From the NCBI RefSeq assembly GCF_009914755.1, contig NC_060925.1: a stretch of 64,000 bases of DNA. The stretch is one strand, 5' to 3'. A program made the position numbers and the translations under genes. The stretch comes from the human T2T-CHM13v2.0 reference genome, Homo sapiens. The notes under the pieces were generated by a model. It was not told where the DNA came from, did not search any database, and saw only the letters and a list, made by a program, of their open reading frames with translations. Position 1 is the stretch's first letter; every line of letters begins with the position of its first letter. Below are positions 37,905 to 51,701 of this stretch, in pieces.

Positions 37905-40900
37905 ATTTCAGTCAAGCAAACAAACAAAAAAAATCACAGCAAATAGTTTATTTGGAGGATGCAGCAGATACCAGCAGAAAAGTAGAGAAGTTATACACGT
38001 AAAGAGAGTACGCCAATAAAGGGTGAATTACTAAACCAAGTATCACAGAGAACAAACAAAACATAATTCTGTAGGGAAATGCGTGAAATGGTGAAAAACA
38101 CTCAGCAATCCCACTTAAAAGGACAGGAAATTGGGGTATTTAAGCACCATCTCCTACAATCATTGGTTAAGGACTGTTCTTGAGACATGTTTATTTCTTG
38201 GTACTTCTGGAATATAAAAAGAACTGACTTCCATGGTTCTAAAAGAAACCACTCTTGGGCCAAGATGCAGATATTGACAGCTGGAAGTGATTTTTATTAC
38301 AGCAAAGCAATAATGTCTAAGGGACATATACAAGGGACTGTCAGTGACTGCTACAATCACCCTTTGCAATGCTCAGATTCATTTTCTCCCTTCATGAAGC
38401 TCACTCCATCTGTCACTGCTTACTCATGATATTTGAAAAAAAAACTAAAATAAAACAAAAAGAGTTACAACAGAGGAATAGTGGGACAAGTCAGACTAGT
38501 AGGACAAGATGACACAGTTGGTCCCAGGAACACAACTGGTTTTCATTGTCTCTGTCTTCTTCCATCCATTCTAATGTTCTTTCACCTGAGGTTTATTTCT
38601 GAGGTTCCGAACCCCAGATTAACACCAATGAATCACAATTACTGTAATTGTTCCTTTACAGTTATTACTGGATATTAAAGCACCAGGCAATGCCACAGTC
38701 AATCACCTGGTTCTAGATATATTCCACCCACCTTATTATATAGTTGCAATCTCAAGACTTAATGATAATCAGAGTAAATCATCCTTGCCAGTATAGTTAC
38801 TCTTTTCTTTGCCTGCTAATGCACTGGCATATAAATCCAACATAACCAAACCAAGTTATAACTTTATGTTTAAGGGAACTCTTACTATCTAAAGGTAAAA
38901 GTGTGCTTCTCCTGGGAACAAAAACCTCTGTTTCAACAAAGCCTAAATTTGTCAAGACAAAAAGGACAACATTTTTAAGTGGATTATTGAGAGTAATGTT
39001 GAGACAGGTCACTCCTTTCATTTCTTGGTTTTTATGCCAAGTTATAAACAAACACCTATCAGCATGAAGCATCATATAATGTTCATTGGTTCAGAGTACC
39101 ACCCCAACCCCGCATACAGGGTATCACTTCTAAGAATATACATTAGCTGTGCTTTTAAAAGATAATCTCAACATTCTATCAGGATAGGCATTCCTAGATT
39201 GTGGAGTATGTGGTAGGATCAGTGGATACCATGGTCATTTGCCCATGATCATATCTCCTTATTTATGAAGTGCTTTTCCATTGTCATGTGGGATTCCATC
39301 ATGGTAAACTACTTTTTGTTCCCTAGCATAGAGAGCTAGGGTGAAACAGTGTATAGATGAATTGTTGCCTCCTCCAGGATGGAAGGATTTAATAAAATGA
39401 ACTTTACTATGTGGATGGGTGGTTTCTTTAAGGGAGGATAGCATATAAAAGTTTAGTGTTGGGTTTTGTTGCTAAAAAGTCAATCATGCAATCTCATTAA
39501 CTAGATGAGCCTGAATGAGAAGGAGCCAATGATGTTAGGCTCATGCATAGCCTTCATCCTTCTGCTGAAAGGGTAAGCCCACAAAAGACACTGAACAAGT
39601 TGGGCAGTAGAACTCTTTCAGCAGAGGCCAATCTTTACTCTTGGCCATTCCAGTTTTTACACAGTGCATGTAATAGCCATGATTGCAGGAATGAATGAAT
39701 GATCCTCATGCTTCCTGGGATTCTCACAGATAAGTCCCTAGATTCGTTTCTTTCCTTCCAGTCATTTAACTTTGTTCTTTCCAGGCCCTCAAACAACCAG
39801 CTAATCACTTTTCATTGCTCAAGACAACATGTCTTTACATAAATTGAAGACCACTTAAAACTGTGGCCACTGTAAACATTTTACCTACCTTCCAAAGCCA
39901 TTTGAAAATATGAGGATAAAATATGATAAACATTTTTAGCTATGATCAATGCATTGAGCCTACTTATTATAAGCTGGGTCATGGTTTTATGTAAATTACA
40001 TGTGCCCTATAGTCTTACTTGCACCTTCTACTGAATGAATAATCCCCATCATATGATGGATTTCTACTGTTGGGTCTGACAATACCCAATTCATGAGCAC
40101 TCTGAATGCAAAGTAATTTGATTCCCGTGGTTAGGCATTCATTCTCTGCTAAGGCTAAGAGCATGATAAGAGAAATTTTTCAACTTATGAACAGTTTCTT
40201 GCTACAGAAGATACGCCATGCCTCTAGAACACTAGAATCTCTATTGCAGCCTTCAATATTGGGACTTGACAAATATTCTACATGCTTATGTTATTGACTA
40301 CAAATGCCCCTAGCAACATAGGATCATTTGGATGATATTACATAAGTAGCAGGTCTGTGTACTGCTGCAGTGACCTTTCTTGATATGGCCCTTCATCACA
40401 ATTAGCAATCCTCTGACTCAACTGATAAATTAGCTAGAGCATTATTTTCAAATGATGTACTGCCTCTGCAACATGAAAGGATCCAAAGTGTGAGGTAGAA
40501 TATGTGTTCTTTGTCTGGGAGAGGTGTGTCAGAATTTTTCACTCTAATAGAGCCTTAAAAGTTTTACCCATGTGGCAGGAATCTGAAGCTTTTTAGGTTT
40601 TATCTTCTACAATCTGGTGCATATGTGCCTCACTAGAGCACCTAGAGTATGATCTACTTTTTGTTCTCCATGCTTAATTCATAGAATATTATCAATATAG
40701 TGAGACCAGCTTATTGTTCTGTAGAATGTCTAATCAAAGTCCTGTGTGAAGAATAATACAAGTATAATATAGCTTTGGAACAAGACCATAAATGCATCGT
40801 TTGTCTCATGACTGTTTCCCAGTGTCTATTCTTTGTGAATTGCTTCAAATTATTCCTCATAATAAGGATTGAAAATACCACATTTGCCAGATCAATAGCT

Positions 40901-41838
40901 TCTGGTGCTCGCTATGAAGCTATTGATCTGGTGAATGTGTTCTCATCAATTCCTGTCATAAATTGTTATTGTCTATTATTATCTATTTTGAAGATCAATT
41001 ATGGTACATTAAATATACTCAATATAGCAGCTCCGAATGAGGCTGACAGTTAAGTTTATGACAGTCCCCATAAAAGGCCATCATTCAGTCATGTTTTGAA
41101 AGGGCCAGACAGGTGAATTAAATAGAAAGGTGACCACCAATCCTGCATCCTTTAAGGCTCTGAGGTGGCACTAATCTCTCCGTTATGGCTTCTAACTTAA
41201 CGTCTCCAGGGCTTGGCGAGTCATGGTTTTACAAATATTTTCTTGGCTTTTTCTACATTGCAGTTCTTATTTCACAAGTGAGATTCCTAGTAACTATTAT
41301 GCTATAAAAAGCCAGAGATCATTACCATTCCATTTACTTCTTTCTGGTTAGTGATTCAGTTCCAGAAACTTCTCCTAGAAATCACTTTCTAATCACTTTT
41401 AATTTGAATTGTTTGATTTTGGATTTCCTAAGATGCAGATTCTGAGATAAGGGCTCAATTTTAAGTAGCTAATGTCAGCTATTCAAAAAAAAATGAATAT
41501 AGGCATGAAAAGCAAATGCAAGGATGAGAAGATGTCTCTAAAACACTACCTGTGGTGACTGAGGTCACGTAATCACACTGGGAAAATGTACAGATTGTTT
41601 TTCAGGATAATATAATTGTTTGAGTACTAGTTTATTAATGTCTGTCAGTTATTGTTTGAGGGCTAATATGGAGGGGTTGTTTTTTCTTAGCGCTTCTGGC
41701 CTCCCATCCTTGTAGCATACAGTGATCTTCAGTACTTTTAGAAAAAAAGCCTTCAGGCATAGTGATGCAAAGACGCACACCTGGAAGTTGGCAGTCATCT
41801 AGAGCAAAGAAAACATTGAAGTCTGAGCTTCTGCTACA
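37905..41838 (-). mobile_element. Decayed ERVL-class provirus (LTR40/HERV16-like): LTRs about 37905-38355 and 41409-41838, with pol remnants
   Basis: Both LTRs end in ctgctaca on the + strand, with a PPT-like caccctttg next to one. ORF 38797-39075 (NITLNNPL..FV..NLG...EVFVP) and the RT motif AIDLAN are ERVL-pol-like. Most of gag appears deleted. Confidence 0.7.
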
Positions 41839-42421
41839 AGTTCGCTATTAATAATTACTCTAGGGCAACGGGCTTGTGCTGAGGCTATTCTGGACAAGCT
41901 GGAACATATGGTAACCTTATCTTTCTACATCTAAGTTCTCTCTTGACTCCCGCTTTCTCTACACTGAAGAAGATCACCAGATTGATCTTCTCAAGACACA
42001 AATCTGATCAAGTCATCTCCTTGCATCAAACCTTTTGGGGGCTTGTTATAGTTCAAAGGATGAAATCAAATCTCCTTAATACGGCCTATGTGTTCTGGAT
42101 GACATACTCCCATTTGTTCCAGGGCCTCTGCACCTGCGGTTCCCTCTGATTTCGGTATGCTTCCCTCTTGTCTTTCACATTTTAGTTCAAGCATCACTTC
42201 ATCAGAGATGCTGATGTGCATCTTATCTGTTGGCATTTTTACTTATCTTTAATCAAAACAATCTGATTTATTATGGAGAATATGGGACATTTGCTAGATG
42301 CCATAGACAATAGAGGGTATAGAATGTTTTTAAAGTGTCTGAATCATTATAAAACCTCTTTCTCCTACCTAATCTCAAGGTTCATGTCTAAGAAGAAATG
42401 GGAAAACTTTTCTTAATCTAA

Positions 42422-43425
42422 TGTATTAGTCTGCTTGGACTGCCATAAGAGAATACTGGAGCCAGAGTGTGGGTGGGGACCTGGAAGGGAGCAGTGGTGT
42501 GGGCTGCACCCCACAGAACCATTGAGGTGATGTCGCCTCATTGGTGGGCCCAGACTGAACAACATCTCAACAAAGAGGATTGTTTTTGTTTTCCACGTGC
42601 TTAATGGGAAGGAAGTTGCCTTGTTAAAGATTTGCCTTGCTAAGTTTTGGAGATACTTTGGACCCCTCATCCCTCTCTTCTTTCCTATTTCTCCCCTGAG
42701 CATGAGAATGTCTATCTTATGCCTGTAGAACAATTGTACTTGGCAGCACACAACATGTTTAGTTTCATAGATTCACAACTGGAGAGAAATTTTGCACCAG
42801 GATGAATCATACATACAGTCTCATCCATGTCTGATTTAGATGAGATTTAGAGGAGACTAGACTTTAAAGTAGAGGCTGGATTGAGTTAAGACTTTGGGGC
42901 TGTTGGAATGGAATTAATGGATTTGTTGTGTGGGAAGGACATTAATTATGGAGGGCCAGGGACAAATGCTATAGACTCAATGATCATGTCCATTTGAAAT
43001 TTATATGTTGAAACCCTAATCTCTACTGTGATGGTATTTGAAGATGGGTCCTATGGAAAGTATTTAGGTCACAAGAGTAGAACATGCATGATGGGAGTAG
43101 TATCCTTTTAAAGGAGATATGAGTTAACTTGACTATTTCTCTCATTCTACCATATGATGAAATATCAGGAAGACAGCCATATACAAACCAGAAGCAGTGC
43201 CTTCACCATAACCTGACCATGCTGACACCCTGACCTCAGACTTTCTATCCTCCAGAACTGAGAAATAAATTTCTGTAATTTAAGCAACCAGTCTATGTTA
43301 TCCTTGTTATAACAGTCCAAATTTACAAAGGTAGGCACTAATCCCATTGTAAGAGCCCTACCCTCATGACTTTATCTTTCCCTAATTATCTCTGTAAGGC
43401 CTCATCTCTGAAAACCCATCACATA
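42422..43425. mobile_element. Composite MaLR: minus-strand MLT1A-like LTR ends around a plus-strand internal fragment (42458-42967) and an MST/MLT1A LTR (42968-43330)
   Basis: Orientation switches read from MaLR motifs (tgtattagtctgcttggactgccataa on minus; tgctatagactcaatg...agaaataaatttctg on plus). Confidence 0.7.
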
Positions 43426-43448
43426 CTTCTGATTTGTCTTGATTTCTT

Positions 43449-43776
43449 TGTTTTCTCTTTCTATTCTTTGTTTTGTTTTGTTTTGAGATAAGGTCTTACT
43501 CTATCACCCAGGCTGGAGTGCGGTGGTGTGATCTCAGCTCACTGCAGATTTGAACCCCCCCTCCCCCGCCAGCTCAAGTGATCCTCCCACCTCCACTCCT
43601 GAGTAGCTGGGACAACAGGTGTGAGTCACCAAGCCTGGATAATTTTTTGCTGGTGTTGTAGAGATGGGGTCTTGTTATGCCGCCTAGGCTGGTCTCAAAC
43701 TCTTGACCCCTAGCAATCCTTCCACCTTGACCTCCCAAAGTGCTAAGATTACAGGCCTGAGCCACTGCACCTGGCA
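43449..43776 (-). mobile_element. AluJ
   Basis: J-type gctcaagtgatcctcccacctc and gcaatccttccacc. TSD tgtcttgatttctt on both sides. Confidence 0.9.
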
Positions 43777-44209
43777 ATGTCTTGATTTCTTTCATCTTGG
43801 ATTGAGTACAGGCCCAGAATACTTGCAACCTATTAAAGACTCCATTTACCAAGGCTAATTGTTACTAACTGTGACATGGAGATAAACATTTCTGGACTAC
43901 AGCTTGATGCAGCTATACATATATTTCCAGTGTTATATGTGCAGTTTGAATCAGGGCATCTATAGCCTGTTAAAGGTGACAGAGTATTGATGTCATGCTT
44001 ATATAGAAATCCAGCAAGTCATCTCTTATGCTACCTTTTGGCATTGAGATTCTAAGGTTCCTACTGTCAATAGGGCCATTAGTAGAGGATTTCTTTTTTT
44101 GTTTGGTTGTTTCCTGCTCTGCTCCATCATATATTGATGCTGGCCGGATATGGGCTTTACATAGATTTCAGACAGTTTCCTCCTTAGCTGTGGTAGGACA
44201 TTGTATAGC

Positions 44210-44950
44210 AGCACTGACACTAACAACCCAGAATTAGAACAGAATTCCCAGGTTAAGGGCTAAGTCCTCCCTAAGACTGAGTCCCCTCACTTCAGCTACC
44301 AACTACAAGTTCTAGGGGTTCCAAATGTGACCATACTTCTCATTAACAGGTTATAAATTTGGCAATTCCCACTACTTTCAGGTTTAGTAATTCACTAGAA
44401 TGAGTCACAGAATGTGGGAAAGTGCTCTACTTACAATTACATGTTGCAAAGGATAGAAGTCAGGAGCAGTCAAATGAAGAGAGGCATAGGATGAAGTCTG
44501 GCAGAGTCCCAAATTCAAAGTATCCATCTCTGCAAGATGTGTTACCTTCCCAGACTATCAGTATGTATCAGCAACCAGGAAGCTCAACCCAACTAGAAGT
44601 TTCAAGGTTTTATGAGATTTTATAACATAGACATGATTGGTTGAATTGCTGACTATGGTGTTGAACTCAATATTTAGTCTCCCTTTCCTCCTCAGAGGTC
44701 AGACTGATATTAAGTGGCTCAAAGCTCTAACCCTCTAATCATGTGATTGCTCTTTCCCACATGGCCAGCCCTATCCTTAAACTATCTAGGGGCCGACTAT
44801 GAGTCATATCATTAGCATAAACTCAGGTATGATCGCAGGGACTCATCATGAATAACAAAGGCACTTTACCACTTGGGAAGTTTCAAAGATTTAGAAACTG
44901 TGTCCCAGGAACCCAGGACAAAGACCAGGCAAATGCTTTATTATACAATA
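44210..44950 (-). mobile_element. MER21 (B/C-like) LTR
   Basis: ggtttagtaattcactagaatgagtcacagaa and ccaggaacccaggacaaagacca are MER21 motifs. Confidence 0.75.
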
Positions 44951-45253
44951 AATATGCATAATATTGTCTATGTTCCTAGAAGTTAGATTATTGGCAAATA
45001 AACTACCACAATTTCTGGGTAAATAAACTGTTCATAGTCCATGTAGAAACAAAGTAACCTAAGACATAATGATGTAATGACATAATTAATTACTCATATA
45101 TTTTGACTATGAAACATATAAAACACTGGTCTATTTCATCATGCTGAGAATAGTTTCTTTTTCTAATGCTTTTATTTTGGTTAGTAGGTCATATACATTT
45201 GTGTTTTAACATTTGCAAATCATTATTATTTTTACCTGACATGTGAAGTATAA

Positions 45254-45575
<322 letters not shown>

Positions 45576-46068
45576 AAACAGAAGTAAATTTTATTAGAAA
45601 AAATTTAAGGACACTTAGGTCCTGCATGACCCTTAAAAAATGTAAACCACATTATACCATACAATCTTAAGTGCCACAAATGGGAAAAAAAAAATCCACA
45701 TTTCTTCTCAATATGCTATTTAACTCATCGCCAAAAGAATGGATGGTTTCTTTTAAAAGTCACTGTATTTTGATTAGTAAGATTTTCTATCTGGTTAAAA
45801 TAATCTAGCTATTCCACCATTTTAACTCTCAAACATACTATCCGGCCTGATTATTTGGTTTCAATAAAAGTAAAAGTAAAAGAAGAAACTTTCAACATTG
45901 CAGGATGTAACCATAGTCTCAATTCTACTTTTTCCACTAAAGAAAACCTCTGTTACATGGATAATAAAGTCATAGGCACTGTGATATCTTAAGCAAACAA
46001 AAAACACTGTTCCTAAATCTTTATTAGCATATCAGTTTCCCCACTGGAATGTTAAACATGCCACTTAA

Positions 46069-46382
<314 letters not shown>

Positions 46383-47907
46383 GCTATGGCTCTTTTATAT
46401 TAATTAATCATCATATTTGGATGGATCCCAGAACTGCCCAACTATTTTAAGCATTGTTTCTTTTTGTTTTGAAATCTCTCAGAATGCTCTGGGGTTAGAG
46501 AAGCAAGAGAAGTAAAATGAAGGGAGGCTGATAATAGCAGGAATGAAACATTGTGTTTGTTTTCTTAGAAGTATAATTTTACAAGCCTCCTCTCATCTGC
46601 TGAAAGAATGTGGGCCCATTATATTTTCAATGTTATACTGTTAAAATATTCTCCTCATTTGATATTCTTCACCACATCAAATTATGCTACATAAAATCGG
46701 TGTTAACTTTTAAAGTATTAACATGGGATATTCTGGGACTAAATGTTTCCCTCAAATGTATGTGAATCTTGCTGGCACTCAAGACTCATCCTTCAAGAAA
46801 TGGATTTGCTCATACAATTAAACATAAGCAATTGAGAGTTAAGCAGATTTCTATTGCCTCTTACCAGCCAAACTCCAGTGGGGGTCATGTAGGAAGAGCC
46901 TTAACCTTTAAAAGTGTGGCTTTCCGCCATGCCGGTATTAAAGCATCCATGGTGTGGGGACTGGGCATATACGATAATGAGAATTTAAAATTCCAAACTA
47001 AATATACTGAGGAAAATTGTTGCAGACCTAACTAGCCATATGCAGGCTAAACCACTCAGCTTTTAGGAGCACCGTGAGAGCACATACAGTTACTGCAAAG
47101 AGGGAGATGGCAGGCTAGAGTGTGAGTGTTGCAAAAGTTTAAGTGGCATGACTTCATTACTACTGCCATCACCACTCTATTTAGACCCTCATCGACACTG
47201 ACCCATCATGTTCCTAATGGTCTTGAACATTTGCCCTGCTGCTGCTATTCTACAGTCAATTTCTCTAGTCTCTCTTCTGGTTTCCCTCATATTTTTCAAA
47301 CTGCTGCCTGGGTGGGTATATTTTCTAACATTTAGAAATATATAATCATATCACTCATTGTTTAAAATTATTTAAAAGCACCCTATATGTTGTATTCAGG
47401 TAAACCACCTTAAGAAGGTACCTCCTTTACAGTCAGGCCCTTACGTTCCTATCTATTTTCATCACAAGCTATGATGTGATTTCTTTTATTTATGTTATAG
47501 GAAAATTCACATGTTGACTCATATCTGTATACATCATTAGAATAAACAGGATGATTAATCAAGATTCCAATTCTGTATACAGTGTGTAGTCTTCTTATAG
47601 TGCCACTCTGCTCTTGCTATTGGAGGTTGGAGAATGAGAATTAACTACAACATTTTTCACCAGATCATTGAATCAAGAGTGAGCTCTTTGTTTTTCCTTA
47701 CTGTCTTCTTGCTGGGAAAGAAAAAAAAAAAGAAAAAAAAAAGAAATACGAAAATCCCTTTAGAGCGCAACTCTTTTATTTGCTTAATAAAATTATATAT
47801 AGTAATGATATTTAAAGCGCTTTTGTGATCAGCACTTGTTGACCAGGTGAGCATTTCCCAGCATTCTTATGTCTGTATTCTTATGGTGCTTGCATTATTT
47901 TAGCTTT

Positions 47908-49354
47908 TGTTACAGGATCTTTGGGGTGTTACTTTTCTGGCTGAAAACCTCTGTGGCCGGTGGCTCCTTTGCCTGAGTTCTTGTCCTGCATCCAGGAAGA
48001 ATGAGGTACACAGACAAGTGGAGAGTGAGCAAGATGAACAGGAGTTTATTGAGTGTTAGAACAGTTCAGAGGAGACCCGCAGGGGTAGGTCCTCTGTGCA
48101 GGCAAGTCATCCCATCGAGTGTTCAGCTCTCAGCAGAGTAGAGGCCCTGGAGTGGGTGGCTACTCTCTGCAAGCAGGTCCTCCCATCCTCTCTGCAGTTA
48201 GCAGAGAGGAGGCCTGGAAAGGGTGGCTACTCTCTGCAGCTGGTAGTCCCAACATCTCTGAAGGTCTCTGAAGCTCTCAGCTGAGAGGGTGGTTCCTCTC
48301 TACTGCTGGTCGTCCTGTCATTTACTGCTATCAGCAGAGAGGGTAACTCCTCTCTGCAACTGCTCCTCCCATCATCTCTCCCTCTTCTGCACTGCTGTGG
48401 CTGAGCTCAGGGCTTTTATAGACCTCAGAGGGGAGGAACTGTGTGCATGGGCAGCCATGGGAGGGCCTGGAAAGGGCAAAAGATCCCGCTGGGGACCCCT
48501 GACTGGCAGTCCAGCCCCCAGCCTTCTGGCCCTCCCTGGCCTGAAGGTGGGGCTTTCCTGGGAACCCGCCCCCTTCTGCCCAGGAGCCTGTCTGCCTCTC
48601 ACTGCCATCCATGACACCCAGCCTGCTTGAACCAAGGAGCACTTGCAGGCCAGCGTCTAGCCTCCCTCAGACTCCTTCAGCTTCCCCTCTCATGTTCCTT
48701 GGGCCCAAATTCTGGAGAGGACTGAGGTTTATGGGGATTGGCGTGTCAGTGCTGCCCTGAGCTTACTCACACCTAGCTGGACTGTGCATCACCTGGGCTC
48801 GGCCTCAACCCCGCTCCCAGATCAGAGCAGGCACTGACAGCAGGGAGAAGCCAGGCAGCAGGATAAGGTACTTCTGAGCCTGTGAGGGTCGGGGGGCCTT
48901 CGCAGGCCCCCAAGAGTGCAGGGATGCCTGAGTCTTCAGCGGCGGTTTGGATGGCTGCAGCTGTGCCCAAGACAGGGCTCCTGCCTGCTCTGTGGAGCAG
49001 GAGGCTTGGGTCTGCGCTGTGGATTGGGCGGCTGCAGCTGCAAACGGGAGGGCAGGGATCCTGCCTGCTCCCGCTCCTGCGACACCCCAAAGGCACGGCG
49101 AGGCTCCGATCCGCAGCCATAACTTGGATGGTTGCAGCCCCACCGAGGAGGGCAGGGTCCCTGCCTGCTCCATGGAGCTGGAGATCCAGGTCTACAGCCC
49201 TAGTTTGGGCAGCTACAGCAGCACCCAGGGAGCTCCCTTCCCAACACAGAAGGGAGGGGGCTCCTGCAGACTCCATGGAACATGCAGCCATAGCGGGCAT
49301 CCCTGCTGCAGCTGCGTGATGGCAGCGGCAGGCCATCTGGAGTGGTGACTGCCA
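47908..49354 (-). mobile_element. MER52-family ERV1 solo LTR (GC-rich, internally repetitive)
   Basis: Starts tgttacaggatctttggggtg..gaatgaggtacacagacaagtggag and ends with the terminal hairpin tgatggcagcggc...gactgcca. About 1.45 kb. Confidence 0.88.
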
Positions 49355-51086
49355 AATATCTATCTCCATTAACTGAATTTGATATTGGTTCCAATTTTTT
49401 CATTGCTCAAAGTACAATAATCTATCCACACAATCAAATTAATAAATCATGGAATTTCAGAGGTGAAAATGGATTTAAAGATTGTGTAAGGCATCACAAT
49501 TTTGAGCTACTCTGGATTAAGTAATTCTCCACCCATTACAGTTTATATGAAGTTAGGTAGATCCTCGGCAGGAATTATGTTTTTGTATAGGGATGGATGG
49601 GGGTAAAGGAGGAAACAAAGTATTAGACCAGGAATAATAAAATTTCCAAATTCCTTTCAGCTCCAAAATCCTAATCTAACATTCCTTTTATAAATATCAG
49701 AAGATATAACCGATGTTCTATGGGTTTAACTACATTACTCAGTTCACACAGCTATATGCTAGAAAGCTTATATTAAGTCTCACTTCCTGAACAAATGTTA
49801 TTTCCGTCGTATCCTGTATCTCTCCTCAAAAACTAATCATATTAATTTTGTCCACTTTTCCTTGTGCCATTCAAACTTTAATTCCAATCCACTAGGTGTG
49901 AAGTTTTAAGCTATTAAAGACATAAGCCATATTCCAGCCCTAGAGTTTAAAGTTAATTACAATTAAGAGGAGTAATGAAAAAATAATAATTATTGAAAAC
50001 TTAGGAATCCATGAGTGCTGAGATATATGCCACAAGGTGGAATGATTGAAAAAATATATTCCTGGAGAGTCAATTTTAGCTTCAGTTGAAATGGTGAGGC
50101 ATATGGGTGTGTATGTGTGTGTATTGTGTGTGTGTGTGTATGTGTTTTGATGGAGAAAGGGTTGAAGTCATTTTATGAGAAAAAGTGTTGCTGAAGTTCT
50201 TAGAGCTAATGAAGTGTAGTGTTCTGGTACAATGAACGTACCTTGGACATTTTCATCTTTGTTCTACCCATTTTTAAACTGTGTTTTCTAGAATACTGAC
50301 ATTCTACAGACGGTAAATAGTTTAGCAGTAAATAATCAGGGAGAACTTTTAATATCAGATCTTACTCTTTAGAAATTAAAGTCTCATTATATTAAAGGTA
50401 TTTGCATAAAGAAAATTTAGTTAATGTTATTAAATCCAGTGTCTTCCAAGGTTTAACCAGGAACTCTTTATTAGCAGAACAAATATGAATATTTTGAAGA
50501 ACTTAGTTTTTTGTTTTTGTTTTGTAGAATACTCTATGAATAACATGCTCCAAATAGTAAAGTATCCTATTCTGAGTCTCTGATTTCTCTAGCCAGGCTT
50601 ATTCTGTTTGTTAAAGTATTTTGTTTATTGTGTCTATTTGAATATTTTGTCACCCATCTTGTCCAGATAATTCATTCTCAGTCTGTTCTGAGTCAAGTAT
50701 TCACTAATGGGCTAGGATAGGGCATTGTTTCATTTCCACAAGCTGGGGGCTTTTCGTGCAGTGAAGAAAAAGATCCAGAAAAAGAAATAACAGGTCTTCC
50801 TGAGAGAGCAGATTTCAATCAACCACATTCAAATAAAAAGAATTAAAAATTCAAAAACTAGAAAAAAGTTTATTCTAAAAACAAAACTAAATGATTATTC
50901 TGAAACTTCCTTTTGAAAACAAATTCATGTTTCCTGAAGTGTCAAAATATTTCTACATAATTTCAAAGCTGGAAATAAATGGAAAAATAATTATCTGTGT
51001 TAGATATGAGTTCTAAATTTCTTTTCAAAGAATCAGTATGTCAGTATGTTCAATTCTTTGCCTTCTACTTTTAAACTTAACTTCCT

Positions 51087-51191
51087 GAACCAGGGAGGTG
51101 GAGCTTGCAGTGAGTGAGATTGCACCACTGCACCCCAGCCTGGGCAACAGAGCAAGACTCTGTCTCAAAACAAAACAAAACAAAACAAAAA
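51087..51191 (+). mobile_element. 5'-truncated AluY-like right-arm fragment
   Basis: gaaccagggaggtggagcttgcagtgag followed by an (AAAAC)n tail. 14-bp TSD aaacttaacttcct at 51073-51086 and 51192-51205. Confidence 0.92.
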
Positions 51192-51224
51192 AAACTTAAC
51201 TTCCTCATAAAGCAACCTTTTTCG

Positions 51225-51701
51225 ATTACCTGCTCCACCCTGACTCATTTCAATCACCTGCTCCACCCTGACTCATTTCAATCACCTGCTCCACCCTGAC
51301 TCATTTCAATCACCTGCTCCACCCTGACTCATTCCCATTACCTGCTCCACCCTGACTCATTCCCTTTACCTGCTCCACCCTGACTCATTCCCATTACCTG
51401 CTCCACCCTGACTCATTCCCATTACCTGCTCCACTCTGACTCATTTCAATCACCTGCTCCACCCTGACTCATTTCAATCACCTGCTCCACCCTGACTCAT
51501 TCCCATTACCTGCTCCACCCTGACTCATTCCCTTTACCTGCTCCACCCTGACTCATTCCCATTACCTGCTCCACCCTGACTTATTCCCATTACCTGCTCC
51601 ACCATGACTCATTCCCATTACCTGCTCCACCCTGACTAATTCTGATTAGCTGCTCCACCCTGACTCATTCTCATTACCTGCTCCACCCTGAGTCATTCCG
51701 A
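51225..51701 (+). repeat. 28-bp VNTR, 17 copies, one AP-1 (TRE) site position per unit
   Basis: Unit acctgctccaccctgactcatt(tcaatc/cccatt). The TGACTCA-type heptamer recurs every 28 bp from 51241 to 51689. Confidence 0.97.
51241..51695. promoter_or_regulatory. Putative AP-1 (FOS/JUN) homotypic enhancer cluster with 15 consensus TGA[C/G]TCA sites
   Basis: 14 TGACTCA and 1 TGAGTCA counted by hand; sites at 51577 and 51633 are mutated. Activity is inferred, not shown. Confidence 0.6.

Noticed and set aside
48096-49403. Dense cluster of overlapping ORFs (up to 198 aa) in GC-rich sequence, resembling a gene or CpG island
   Set aside because: All lie within the MER52 LTR, where high GC reduces stop frequency in all six frames. 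No recognisable protein, and CpGs are largely decayed.
51225-51701. CRISPR-like regularly spaced 28-bp repeats
   Set aside because: Units are contiguous with no unique spacers, there are no cas genes, and the array sits inside a primate LTR10. It is a VNTR.
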